The notes: generated by a model from the letters alone, not told the origin. 64,000 nucleotides of DNA from Desulfurococcaceae archaeon (GCA_038888155.1 JAWAJB010000001.1:1-64000), one strand, 5' to 3'; shown: positions 51,312 to 61,376, counted from the stretch's first letter. Numbers and translations: made by a program.

Positions 51312-51941
51312 TTACTCCTTTAGAAACCTTTTAACGAGCTTTAGCAGTGCCTCTTTGCCTGTCCCTAAAATGGGTTCACCGTGGCTAGGGACCAAAGTAT
51401 TGAACCCATAGTACAAAAGTGAGGCGATCGCAATTCTATTCTTGTTCGGATCTCTGGAATACCTTGTTGGTATTTCAAATAGCTCGCCTTTCATTTCGTG
51501 AACCAAATCACCAACAAATAGGGTCTTTGTCCTAGGATCAAGAAGGCAAATGCTACCCGGGGTGTGCCCTGGAGTGTGTATTACTTCTAATGGACCTATA
51601 GTTGATCCTTCTTCTAAGATTACGTCAACTTCCAGGGGGGTTGTTTTCTCTCTTTCAGTGTAATATTTTTCAATGTAGGGTATTTCTTCTCTGTGAGCCG
51701 CTATTTTGGCATTAGTTATTTCCTTAAGGTCCTTAAGAGATCCCAAATGGTCTCCGTGTGCGTGGGTGATTACTATATATTTCGCCTTGGTTATGTCTAG
51801 TCCTTTCCTGTGCGCGTAATCTGTCACCTTTAGGTGATCTCCTTTATTGCCAGCGTCTACAATTATAAGCCCGTTCTCGTATTCAACTAAGAAAATGTTT
51901 GAGATTTCGCCTACAATTAAGTGCGTCCTATCAATAAACAT
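51312..51941 (-). CDS. MBL-fold metallo-hydrolase
   Basis: THAHGDH, TPGHTPGS, LFVGD, PSHG. Start uncertain (51992 or 51941). Confidence 0.9.
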   Translation of the reverse strand: MFIDRTHLIVGEISNIFLVEYENGLIIVDAGNKGDHLKVTDYAHRKGLDITKAKYIVITHAHGDHLGSLKDLKEITNAKIAAHREEIPYIEKYYTEREKTTPLEVDVILEEGSTIGPLEVIHTPGHTPGSICLLDPRTKTLFVGDLVHEMKGELFEIPTRYSRDPNKNRIAIASLLYYGFNTLVPSHGEPILGTGKEALLKLVKRFLKE

Positions 51942-52081
51942 TCTACTAATAGATGCGTACCCTATATCAGTGGGCCTTTGCAAGAATAACACCTTACATT
52001 TGTAAATACAGAGCTCTTAGGACTATATAAACCTAATAACTATAAATTTCAGTATTTCATTCTAGTAGATGTGGGATATGA

Positions 52082-52909
52082 ATGTTTTTTAGCAAAAAGA
52101 AGGCTAAAACAAAAAGTCCACCTGAAAAAAAGTTATTCCTTGATTACTCTAGCCTCTTTGAATTGCGTGAGAACAACGTAGTGTTCAAGAAACCGATGAA
52201 AGTAGCTCGAGGAATATTTAGAGTTGCATTTTTCAGCAACTTAGGATTTACGGTTGTTCTAAGGACTGGGTGGAAGTTAAAAGAAAAGCTAGGTGAAAGG
52301 TACTGGATTTCGGTGAGCGAAGTTTGTTACGAACCGCCCATTCTTCAATCTCTCTTCTTTGGAAGAGGGGTACACGTGGAGATCCCCTCAATACTAGTTG
52401 AAGAAGGAGAGTACAAAGGAGCAATTATAGCATGTCTGGACACAACAGGTTTGAAGCTAAGAGGCAAGGCAAGCCTCCAAGCATTCGACAAAACGGGGTT
52501 TGTTTTTGGCTATGTGAGTATAGGGAATGGAGTAATAAAAGCAGAGCTAGAGTGGAAACCAACGGTGATAGATCCAGCAAAGTACAACTACGTAAAAGGG
52601 CGCGGGACTATTGCCTACTCAAAACGCGAATTGATTATTTTAGAGATATGCGTGAAAAGCCATTTCATTGAAGAGTGTAAGGAGTTGGTTGAGCTAAATG
52701 CTCCTGGTAAAGCTAAAAGCGAGTTTGTTTACCCACTAACGAGGAAGATCTTACTAGGCGATATAAGCGGTGAAAGTTTTAAGGAAATAAACGAGATTGC
52801 AGACAAATTCGAAGGAGTGCTAGGAGTAAAGCGAGCAAAAATTAGGATAAAGCATAAGTCAAGGCTAAAGGCCAGGGTTTTAAGCGAGTTGCCCCTGGAC
52901 AAATTATAG
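52082..52909 (+). CDS. Hypothetical protein (basic, beta-rich)
   Basis: 275-aa ORF with upstream TATA-like elements. No family recognised. Confidence 0.75.
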   Translation: MFFSKKKAKTKSPPEKKLFLDYSSLFELRENNVVFKKPMKVARGIFRVAFFSNLGFTVVLRTGWKLKEKLGERYWISVSEVCYEPPILQSLFFGRGVHVEIPSILVEEGEYKGAIIACLDTTGLKLRGKASLQAFDKTGFVFGYVSIGNGVIKAELEWKPTVIDPAKYNYVKGRGTIAYSKRELIILEICVKSHFIEECKELVELNAPGKAKSEFVYPLTRKILLGDISGESFKEINEIADKFEGVLGVKRAKIRIKHKSRLKARVLSELPLDKL

Positions 52910-53155
52910 GATGTGTTTAATTTGCCTAGTTGCGAGTTCTCAGTTGCGCAAAAATAACTCTACAGTGCTTTGTGATTATCAAATCTTAATTTAATACCGA
53001 CAAGTGCGCAGCCGAGTTGGACGGAGGGGATTTTTGCGTGCCTTATATTAGCATTTAAGAAATGAACAATAGTCCACCGAGTGATCGCTACATTGACGTT
53101 TATTCAATACAAATATAGCTGTACTTATTGGAGATTTTCTAGTGGTGGCGTTAGC

Positions 53156-54037
53156 TTGAAAATTAAAGGTATACACTATGGTCTAACGCTACTTTATTCG
53201 TATTTGTTGCCAGTAATAGACATTGAGGAGGTAGGCAATGGCTTCAAGTTCAAATTTATATACGGTGAGGCTCATGGTATTGAGTGCGCCTTTAAGGAAA
53301 ATGTCATTGAGACCTACTGCTCGTTGCCTAGTGGATTGAATCTAGCTGTTGTTAGAAACATCCTAGGTTTTAGTAAACACCACCTATTTAAAAATCTGTG
53401 TTCTGATTTACATATAAGTAATTGCGTGAGTAACAAGATTTCGCTAATATACGAACAAGGCTATAAGAAACCCGTTGCATACGCTATATACCTGTCTAGG
53501 GACACAAATTTTTTCTTAAATACGGTTAAGTGGTGTAGAGAGGCGCTTTTTAAAGGTTACATTGAATCGAGCTCTTTTATACCCCTTGAATTCAAAAAAG
53601 TTAAACACATGATCGATGTTGCCTTAAATGCTCGCTCACCCTACGAAGAGGTGATCGGATTGATTAAAGTTCGGGGATTTGGAATTAAATCTGCGAAGGC
53701 TTTTCTCTTGCATACGTATGGATTAACTCACGAGGCACCATTAGACAGACACTATGTCAAGTTTCTAGGAGTCAGTGCTCCAAATATGAAGAAGGGGGCG
53801 TGCATTGGCGTTAAGTTGAGTTGCTTAAACTGTCCGTTTAATTGTCCCTACTCCTACGCAGTAAAGAGGTACCGCACATATAATGGATTGGTTCAATCTA
53901 TTGTTTATATCTATGACACGCTACGTTCTCAAGGAGCAAATCTCGTGAAAATATTAGTTAAAGATCCCTCTAAGTATCTAGATGATCTTGAGCGATTACT
54001 TGATCGCTTGAGAGAAATGCCGATGCCGACTATTTAA
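53156..54037 (+). CDS. HhH-GPD superfamily DNA glycosylase-like protein with Cys4 insert
   Basis: HhH LIKVRGFGIKSA, Asp in APLDRH, C-x6-C-x2-C-x3-C, terminal YNGLVQSIVY. TTG start after GGTGG. Confidence 0.7.
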   Translation: MKIKGIHYGLTLLYSYLLPVIDIEEVGNGFKFKFIYGEAHGIECAFKENVIETYCSLPSGLNLAVVRNILGFSKHHLFKNLCSDLHISNCVSNKISLIYEQGYKKPVAYAIYLSRDTNFFLNTVKWCREALFKGYIESSSFIPLEFKKVKHMIDVALNARSPYEEVIGLIKVRGFGIKSAKAFLLHTYGLTHEAPLDRHYVKFLGVSAPNMKKGACIGVKLSCLNCPFNCPYSYAVKRYRTYNGLVQSIVYIYDTLRSQGANLVKILVKDPSKYLDDLERLLDRLREMPMPTI

Positions 54038-54074
54038 ATCCACTAACGCTAACAATCCGCATAGGGGCTTCTCA

Positions 54075-54854
54075 ATGTCTGGCTTCAATCCATTTGATTT
54101 GAGTGCCCTCGTTGAAAGGCAAGTAACTAGGGGCACCAAAGCAGGTACAGAGAGGCGATATTTCAGGTTCCGCGGCGGTAGATGGTATGGAGGAATAGCA
54201 ACTGGTGACGTAGTAGGGTGTAATTTGAGGTGTAAGTTCTGTTGGAGCTGGAAGTACAGCTACGCGACCGAGAAAGGGTGGTTTGAATCCCCAAAATCAG
54301 CACTAGAAAAACTTCTTTCAATTGCTAGAAGTAAGGGTTATAATTACATCAGGCTGAGCGGGGGAGAGCCAACCATAGGTTTTGATCACACCTTCAAAAT
54401 ACTGCAGTTACTCCAAGAGACCGATTATTTTTTCATCTTGGAGACTAACGGACTACTGCTAGGTAAACATGTCGAGTACTCTAGGATTGCTGCAAGATAC
54501 AGTAACCTAATAGTGAGAGTTAGCTTTAAGGGGAGTTCATCAGTAGAGTTCGAAAATTTAACGGGGGCTAATGGAGAGTTTTACGAGTACCAGTACACTG
54601 CATTAGAGAACCTAATAAATAGCGGACTAAAGCCCTGCGATGAAGTATATGCCGCTATAATGCTGAGCTTTAGCACCGAAGATAGCTATATGGAGTTTAA
54701 AAGAAGACTAGCAGGCATAAGTCCAAGCCTCGTTGAGTGTGTAGATGAGGAATACGTTATAATGTACCCTCACGTGAAAGAGCTATTAAGGAAAAACAAC
54801 TTGGTGCCCAGAGTTTCTTATGACCCAAGTGGAGTTCCGAACTCTATGATATAA
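54075..54854 (+). CDS. Radical SAM protein of unknown function
   Basis: RFRGGRWYGGIATGDVVGCNLRCKFCWS (CxxxCxxC), RLSGGEP, FILETNG, VRVSFKG. Confidence 0.92.
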   Translation: MSGFNPFDLSALVERQVTRGTKAGTERRYFRFRGGRWYGGIATGDVVGCNLRCKFCWSWKYSYATEKGWFESPKSALEKLLSIARSKGYNYIRLSGGEPTIGFDHTFKILQLLQETDYFFILETNGLLLGKHVEYSRIAARYSNLIVRVSFKGSSSVEFENLTGANGEFYEYQYTALENLINSGLKPCDEVYAAIMLSFSTEDSYMEFKRRLAGISPSLVECVDEEYVIMYPHVKELLRKNNLVPRVSYDPSGVPNSMI

Positions 54855-55003
54855 ATAATGACATAAAGGATTCCAAGAATTAGGTTAAGCTCATCCTCTC
54901 GAGTTTAAACCAATGGTTTGAAACCTCTAGTTTCCAATCATCTATGTATCTTTATTTACCCACGAATATTTTATAAACACTGCCAAAGGCTGGGTGCAAC
55001 CTT

Positions 55004-55972
55004 ATGATCAGCGCTGGTCGTTTCATTGTAATTGCCCTAGGTGGAAACGCTTTTCAATCTAAGTCAGATAAGGGAACGGTAGAAGAATATTGGAAAAACG
55101 CATATTCTGCAGCGGATGTAATAGTAAAGCTAGTAGAGGATGGATATAGGGTAGCCGTAACTCATGGTAACGGCCCTCAAGTTGGCGTTATTGCGGAATT
55201 GATTGCCCTTGGAGAAAGGTATAAGGGATTGCCTCCCATGAGTCTAGATATAGCTGGTGCTATGAGCCAGGGGTGGTTGGGTTATATACTACAACAGGCT
55301 ATTTACAATAAGCTATATGAGAAAAAACTTATACCAAGCGTGATCAAGGGCGTAGTTACTGTTATCACTCAAACTGTTGTTAGAGGAGATGACCCAGATT
55401 TTAAAAATCCATCTAAATTCATAGGTCCTTGGTACAACGAAGAGGAAGTTAAAAGGCTTACAGAGGAGCACGGATGGTTCTTCAGGCCGGATCCTAGAGG
55501 AGGATATAGAAGAGTTGTCCCCTCCCCTGATCCAATTATTCAGGTTGAGATAGACGCTATTAAAACCCTATTGAACAATAACTACGTAATCATAGCGGAT
55601 GGGGGCGGGGGTATACCTGTAGTTAGAGAGAATGGAAAATTAGCTGGTATTGAAGGGGTTGTCGACAAAGACCTTGGTGCCGAGAGAATGGCCACTGCTT
55701 TGGGCGCAGACGTACTTCTTATATTAACAGATGTAGACCACGCATATGTGGACTATGGTACGTCAAGAGCAAAGGCGCTTAGAGAGCTAACTCTGAGTGA
55801 AGCTATAAAGTACTACAGCGAGGGGCACTTTAAACCTGGTAGTATGGGTCCTAAAATACTCGCTGCTATTAGGTTTATACAAAACGGCGGAAAACTCGCT
55901 ATTATAGGAAATTTGAGGAACGCGCAAGAGGCAATTAGAGGGGAATTAGGCACCTGGATCATTCCCGGCTAG
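55004..55972 (+). CDS. arcC: Carbamate kinase
   Basis: IALGGNA, THGNGPQVG, SKFIGP, YRRVVPSP, GGGGIPV, VDKD, GSMGPK. Confidence 0.96.
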   Translation: MISAGRFIVIALGGNAFQSKSDKGTVEEYWKNAYSAADVIVKLVEDGYRVAVTHGNGPQVGVIAELIALGERYKGLPPMSLDIAGAMSQGWLGYILQQAIYNKLYEKKLIPSVIKGVVTVITQTVVRGDDPDFKNPSKFIGPWYNEEEVKRLTEEHGWFFRPDPRGGYRRVVPSPDPIIQVEIDAIKTLLNNNYVIIADGGGGIPVVRENGKLAGIEGVVDKDLGAERMATALGADVLLILTDVDHAYVDYGTSRAKALRELTLSEAIKYYSEGHFKPGSMGPKILAAIRFIQNGGKLAIIGNLRNAQEAIRGELGTWIIPG

Positions 55973-56114
55973 AGATATCTTGTTTTAAGGTTTTTCCTCT
56001 AGGAATAAAAATTACTAACGAGAAAAGTTCACTAAGGATTTACGTTTCAGCATTTGAGATATTTAACCTCAATTAATATTCAATTAACATAGTTAGGCTA
56101 GGCAGGAGCTTATT

Positions 56115-57044
56115 ATGACGTGTAGTCCTCAAAATGGTATGCATCAAGAACACCAAATTAACTCGCAGCTCTCGAGAACCATATTGTCCCTCGTAAACAC
56201 TGTGGCCGTTAAATTACCTGACGATGTGCTTAACAAACTCCAAGAGCTTATTGCTAGAGAAACTATCCCACATAGCAGGTTTATTTATGCTGCCATGATG
56301 GAGAACCTCAACCTGGCATATATTAAAAAAGCCCCGCTGTGTCAAGACACAGGTGTTCTAATGTTCTACATCACCTTCGGAGATAGATTTCCATATAAAT
56401 CTGAGCTATTGAAGGCTATTCACGAAGCAGTAGTACAGAGCACAGAATTGGGATATCTAAGACCAAATGTAGTGGACCTGGTGACAAATAAAAATACGGG
56501 CAACAACATAGGGCCTAGGCTGCCTTGGATAGAAATTGAGATAGAGCCAGATGTGAGCTACGCAGATGTGAAACTGTATATGGCAGGAGGGGGCTCAAGT
56601 AGACCAGGCAGAGCTACTACGCTTGACCCTGTACAGGGGTGGAAAGGTCTAGTTGACTTTATCCTAAGTGTAATTGCAGAGTATGGTCCTCCTGCGTGTC
56701 CCCCCCTTCTTATTGGTGTTGGAATAGGCCCAACTGTTGAAATTGCGGCTGCTTTATCCAAAAGGGCTTTAATTAGACCTATTGGCTCAAGAAACAACAA
56801 CCAGTTAATTGCTCAGCTAGAGGAGTTGCTCGAGGAAGAACTAAATAAACTTAAAATTGGTCCGCAGGGGCTGGGAGGATCTACAAGCATTATGGGTGTT
56901 CACATCGAGTATGCAGGAAGACATCCTGCAACATTTGCAGTTGGCGTAAGCACTGCGTGTTGGGCTCTCCGAAAAGGGTGGATCAGGATAAACAGCGATT
57001 TGTCATATGAAGTGTTATCTCATAAAGGTGGTCTAATTGATTGA
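56115..57044 (+). CDS. Fe-S hydro-lyase alpha subunit (L-tartrate dehydratase/fumarate hydratase)
   Basis: PLCQDTG, NTGNN, YMAGGG, ACPP, GPQGLGG, RHPA, CWA. The tail SDLSYEVLSH resembles TtdA. Confidence 0.92.
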   Translation: MTCSPQNGMHQEHQINSQLSRTILSLVNTVAVKLPDDVLNKLQELIARETIPHSRFIYAAMMENLNLAYIKKAPLCQDTGVLMFYITFGDRFPYKSELLKAIHEAVVQSTELGYLRPNVVDLVTNKNTGNNIGPRLPWIEIEIEPDVSYADVKLYMAGGGSSRPGRATTLDPVQGWKGLVDFILSVIAEYGPPACPPLLIGVGIGPTVEIAAALSKRALIRPIGSRNNNQLIAQLEELLEEELNKLKIGPQGLGGSTSIMGVHIEYAGRHPATFAVGVSTACWALRKGWIRINSDLSYEVLSHKGGLID

Positions 57045-57660
57045 TGAAATTAAGAGAGTTATAACACCTGTAATGAATACGGAGACGCTTGAGGAGCTCA
57101 AAGCTGGTGACGTATTCTACATCACTGGAATTTTAGTTACAGCACGAGATGAGGCCCACAAAAGAGCTATAGAAGAGAACGTTCAACTGCCCGTTGACCT
57201 TAGTGGCCTCGTAGTTTTCCACGCTGGACCAATAATGAAGAGAACTCTGGATGGCTGGGAGTGTATATCTATAGGTCCAACCACTAGCAGGAGGATGGAA
57301 AAATACGAAGATCTGTTCATTGAGAGAACAGGTGTTAAAATAATCGTTGGTAAAGGCGGCATGGGACATCGAACTGCTGAGGCTTGTCGAAAAAATAAAT
57401 CAATATACGCTATTTTTCCAGGAGGTTGCGGCGTATTGGGGGCTAGCAGAGTTGTTAAGGTGAGGGGTGTTGAGTGGTTAGATCTTGGCATGCCTGAAGC
57501 ACTCTGGATACTCGAGGTCAGAGACTTTGGACCGCTTATAGTAACAATTGATACAAAGGGCGAAAACTTATCTGATAAGCTAATTAATAGTGTGAATGCC
57601 ATTAAGGAGAACTTAGAGAAAGATATTGTCTCGAGGCTCGTTCGCCTTTTCCCAATTTAG
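57037..57660 (+). CDS. Fe-S hydro-lyase beta subunit (L-tartrate dehydratase/fumarate hydratase)
   Basis: TARDEAH, FHAGP, GPTTSRRM, GKGGM, DLGMPEALW, FGPLIV.ID. Confidence 0.93.
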   Translation: MIDEIKRVITPVMNTETLEELKAGDVFYITGILVTARDEAHKRAIEENVQLPVDLSGLVVFHAGPIMKRTLDGWECISIGPTTSRRMEKYEDLFIERTGVKIIVGKGGMGHRTAEACRKNKSIYAIFPGGCGVLGASRVVKVRGVEWLDLGMPEALWILEVRDFGPLIVTIDTKGENLSDKLINSVNAIKENLEKDIVSRLVRLFPI

Positions 57661-57763
57661 TAAGTTAGTGTTTTTCAGTTCACCATGTTAACTGTAGTGC
57701 GTTTGTGTGTTAAGTCTGCGTTTAATATAGAGCTACGCATTATCAATATCCTGGTGTCACAAA

Positions 57764-59107
57764 ATGCCTGACAGCAAGATTGAATGGGGAGCTTTATCTA
57801 CGAAATTACATAGGCTGTACGGCGGTAAGATAGAGATAGCCCCTAAAGTACCCATTACAAGGTTTGAAGACTTTAATGTTTGGTACACTCCGGGGGTTGC
57901 TGAGCCCTGTAAGTTAATACATAAAGGGGGAGATGACGAGTCTTTTGAGTACACTTGGAGAAGAAACCTCTGCGCAGTAATAAGTGACGGGTCAAGAGTT
58001 CTTGGTCTTGGCGATATTGGACCTTCGGCCGGATTACCAGTTATGGAGGGGAAGTGTCTACTGTTTAAGTACCTTGGAGGAGTGGATTGCGTCCCAATAG
58101 TAATTCGGGAAAAGGACCCAGATAACTTTATATATATAGTAAAGGCCTTAGAGCCAAGTTTCGGCGCTATAAATCTAGAAGATATTGAATCGCCCAAGTG
58201 CTTCTACATCTTGGATAATCTTCAGGAAACGCTTAATGTACCTGTATGGCACGATGATCAACAGGGAACAGCTCTAGTTACACTTGCCGGTTTATTAAAT
58301 GCGCTTAAAATTGTAGGAAAGAGGCTTAATCAAGTTAAAATAATACTTTTCGGCTCAGGGGCAGCCAACATATGCACGTATAGATACCTTAAGGGGGCGG
58401 GTGCAAATCCGGCAAACATCATTATTGTAGACTCCAAGGGTCCTCTCCATAAACACAGAGAGGATATGCCTATGATGAAACTAGAGAACCCGTGGAAATA
58501 CTTAGCCGCAACTGAAACAAACTCCGAGGGCATAGACAATATTCCTAAAGCATTTAACGGCGCAGATGTAGTTTTAGCTGCGTCTAGACCTGGACCTGGC
58601 ACAATTAAGAAAGAATGGATCAAGCTTATGAATAAAGACTCTATAGTTTTCGCCATGGCGAATCCTGTGCCGGAAATATGGCCTTGGGAGGCTAAAGAGG
58701 CTGGTGCCAAGATTATTGCCACTGGAAGAGGGGACTTCCCGAATCAAATAAATAACAGCCTCGGTTTTCCTGCTGTATTTAGGGGCGTGTTGTCCGTGAG
58801 GGCCAAAAAAATGGCAGAAGCTATGTTCTTAGCGGCAGCCTACGCAATTGCTGATTATGCTGAGGAAACAGGAATACATGAAAATAGAATAGTGCCGAAC
58901 ATGGAGGAAAGCGAAATGTACGTTAGAGAGGCTTTAGCTGTAGCCGAAAAAGCTATGGAATTGGGATATGCTAGGAGGGCTCTCTCTAGAAAAGAGCTTG
59001 AACTAGAAATCAGAGAGCTATTGGAGAAGCCTAGGAAAGAAATGGGAGTATTAATTAAAAACGGGTTAATACCTCTAGTCCCTGAATACAAGGAAATTAA
59101 ACCATAG
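57764..59107 (+). CDS. NAD(P)-dependent malic enzyme
   Basis: WYTPGVA, SDGSRVLGLGDIG, VMEGK, INLEDI, HDDQQGTA, ANPVPEI, ATGRGDFPNQINN. Confidence 0.96.
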   Translation: MPDSKIEWGALSTKLHRLYGGKIEIAPKVPITRFEDFNVWYTPGVAEPCKLIHKGGDDESFEYTWRRNLCAVISDGSRVLGLGDIGPSAGLPVMEGKCLLFKYLGGVDCVPIVIREKDPDNFIYIVKALEPSFGAINLEDIESPKCFYILDNLQETLNVPVWHDDQQGTALVTLAGLLNALKIVGKRLNQVKIILFGSGAANICTYRYLKGAGANPANIIIVDSKGPLHKHREDMPMMKLENPWKYLAATETNSEGIDNIPKAFNGADVVLAASRPGPGTIKKEWIKLMNKDSIVFAMANPVPEIWPWEAKEAGAKIIATGRGDFPNQINNSLGFPAVFRGVLSVRAKKMAEAMFLAAAYAIADYAEETGIHENRIVPNMEESEMYVREALAVAEKAMELGYARRALSRKELELEIRELLEKPRKEMGVLIKNGLIPLVPEYKEIKP

Positions 59108-59219
59108 TTTTTTAGTTAGAGCTGTTATTTTTATGTAGTTAAATAGCTTACACAATACGTAGAAGTGCGCCTCTCTTTTTCAGATATGGAGCGCGCGCTA
59201 AATTTCACTTTGTTAAACT

Positions 59220-59236
59220 TCGGCTTCAGAAGCCGA
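59220..59236. terminator. Perfect inverted repeat TCGGCTTC-A-GAAGCCGA between convergent genes
   Basis: 8-1-8 palindrome 5 nt past the Trm112 stop, downstream of malic enzyme on the other strand. Confidence 0.45.
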
Positions 59237-59240
59237 GCAT

Positions 59241-59645
59241 TTATTGTTTCATTTTATTTCCCGAAAGATTAACTGGTCTACCCTCCATCAAAATGAAAGT
59301 AGGTATTTTCTCCTTGTAAGTTCTAAGGAAATCGAGATCCCTTTCATGCTTTCTCTTATTGTCCGTAAGCATTACAACAATGCCGTTCTTAACAGGATAC
59401 CAGTGTTTACAGACGGGACAATATAAAATCGCTGTCCTTATGCCTATACGTAGACACTCAGGGCATGGGTATTGTTTTTCCTGTAATATGCTATTCTTTA
59501 AGTAACCACAGTACACCTTACATAGAGGAAAACCTAAATCGCTTCTATCTACGTCTTGTTTCTCCTCTTCAATAACGTATATTTCAAGTGGAAAACCCTT
59601 GCAGTTAACGCACTTCAATACATCTAGACCCCAGTACCTCATCAT
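59241..59645 (-). CDS. Trm112-like protein with extra Cys motifs
   Basis: LDVLKCVNCKGFPL...ILYCPVCKHWYPVKNGIVVML, plus an internal CKVYC/CPEC insert. Confidence 0.88.
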   Translation of the reverse strand: MMRYWGLDVLKCVNCKGFPLEIYVIEEEKQDVDRSDLGFPLCKVYCGYLKNSILQEKQYPCPECLRIGIRTAILYCPVCKHWYPVKNGIVVMLTDNKRKHERDLDFLRTYKEKIPTFILMEGRPVNLSGNKMKQ

Positions 59646-61030
59646 GCCTTCGTCACCTCGTTGATTACTTTACTAATTCTCTCCAAGAGATCGTTTGCCC
59701 TTTCAGGCGTTTTAGCTTCGACCATTACTCGAAGAACTGGCTCGGTGCCGCTAGGTCTTACAAGTATCCAGTAATCTCTTGCAAGCACCTTGACACCATC
59801 TAGTGTAATTAATCTCTCTGCTTTAAACTCCTCCTTGACTCCCTCTATAACCTTAAGAGCATTTTCAAGTGGCATTTTGTACTTCGTTTTAACAGTGTAA
59901 TAATTTGGGAGCTCGTTGAATAATGAAGACGCCTTTTTGCCTTCCCGAGCCATTAACTCAAGGAAAAGAGCAATCTTCATGGCGCCGTCACGAACATATT
60001 GGTGAGGTGGATACATGAAGCCCCCATTTTCCTCGAATCCGCACATAGCGCCGCTGTCCCTTCTCATAGTGTGAGCTATGTCGACGCTACCTACTTTAGT
60101 CCACACTACTTCCACACCCATTGGGTTGAGAACTTCTTCTACAATACTGCTAGATGATACGCCAGTATACACCCTGCCGCCTTCCCCTCTGTTCATCTTT
60201 AAGTGCCTTGCTAGCAACACAGCCGATCTATCTCCCCAATATATTCTTCCGACTTCATCAATAAGTATAGCTCTATCTGCATCTCCATCGTGCCCCACGC
60301 CTAGGTCGCATCCTAGTGTAGCAGTTATCTTGGCAATATCTGCTAGTGAGTCTGGTGTAGGCTCAGGCAACCTCGATGGTTGAGTGTCTAGCGTGGCGTT
60401 AACAACTATCGGCTTTACGCCTAGCAACCTAAGAAGCTTAGGAGTAGTTAGTACCCCAACGTTGTTAACTGGGTCGACAAGGACTCTGTACTTCTGCTTG
60501 GCTATTAGTTCCCTATCCACGTGTTCAGCAATAGCTCTAATGTAAATTTCATTTACCTGCGGGTACCTTTCTGCGTTTTCTGCTAAGTCCTTCCAGTTAA
60601 CTAGCCTTGTTTTGCCCTCCCAAAAATACTCTTCAATTACTTTCTCATCGCTTCTCTCTATTTCAATGCCGTGAGGTCCGATAACCTTTATTCCATTGTA
60701 TTCCGGTGGATTGTGGCTCGCAGTTATAACAACCCCTCCATCAAAACCCTGGGACTTGACAGAGTATTGTAGTGCCGGCGTAGGAGTTAGGCCAGCATCG
60801 TACACTTTGATGCCAGAGAACGTAAGTGAACCCTCGACAATTTTCTTTATTGCGTTGCTGCCGAGCCTATAATCCATTCCTACAAGCACTCTTGCCCCTT
60901 CTTTGAAATAAGCCCCAATGGCCAATGACAGTCTAACAATAAACGTAGGGGTGAGGTCTATTCCAATTAATCCTCGAACACCATCCGTGCCAAAAAGCTT
61001 ACGCCGGACACTACTCAATGTCCTCACCAA
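59642..61030 (-). CDS. Phosphohexomutase (phosphoglucosamine mutase / PMM-PGM)
   Basis: LFGTDGVRG, ITASHNP, HDGDADR, GFEENGG, VRPSGTEP. Confidence 0.95.
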   Translation of the reverse strand: MVRTLSSVRRKLFGTDGVRGLIGIDLTPTFIVRLSLAIGAYFKEGARVLVGMDYRLGSNAIKKIVEGSLTFSGIKVYDAGLTPTPALQYSVKSQGFDGGVVITASHNPPEYNGIKVIGPHGIEIERSDEKVIEEYFWEGKTRLVNWKDLAENAERYPQVNEIYIRAIAEHVDRELIAKQKYRVLVDPVNNVGVLTTPKLLRLLGVKPIVVNATLDTQPSRLPEPTPDSLADIAKITATLGCDLGVGHDGDADRAILIDEVGRIYWGDRSAVLLARHLKMNRGEGGRVYTGVSSSSIVEEVLNPMGVEVVWTKVGSVDIAHTMRRDSGAMCGFEENGGFMYPPHQYVRDGAMKIALFLELMAREGKKASSLFNELPNYYTVKTKYKMPLENALKVIEGVKEEFKAERLITLDGVKVLARDYWILVRPSGTEPVLRVMVEAKTPERANDLLERISKVINEVTKA

Positions 61031-61376
61031 GTTCCTCCAGGATCTCGTATACCTTTATGTTGCCTTCTCTGAGCTTAAAAATAGGTATATAACCCTTTTT
61101 CTCGACCCAAGACCTAACCCTCAACGATACTATACTTAGGTAACCAAGTGCTTCTTCCACAATTTCCTCAACATTCTCACCGCTCTCGTGTAGTTCCTCT
61201 AGTGTTGCACGCAAGTCTTCAGTGTGCTTTATGGCCATATACACTATATTCCCTTCGACCTCTACGTGAAGATATACTGGTAGTAAATCATGAAGCACTT
61301 TGAGCTCTTTTTCACTTGGGGTTTCGACCCGATGTCCAATGGATCTCAAGTGTGCTGCTAATTCGCTTACTATCAA
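61011..61376 (-). CDS. Hypothetical protein
   Basis: Acidic ORF overlapping the mutase start, so probably co-transcribed. Start uncertain (TTG 61376 vs 61451). Confidence 0.7.
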   Translation of the reverse strand: MIVSELAAHLRSIGHRVETPSEKELKVLHDLLPVYLHVEVEGNIVYMAIKHTEDLRATLEELHESGENVEEIVEEALGYLSIVSLRVRSWVEKKGYIPIFKLREGNIKVYEILEELGEDIE

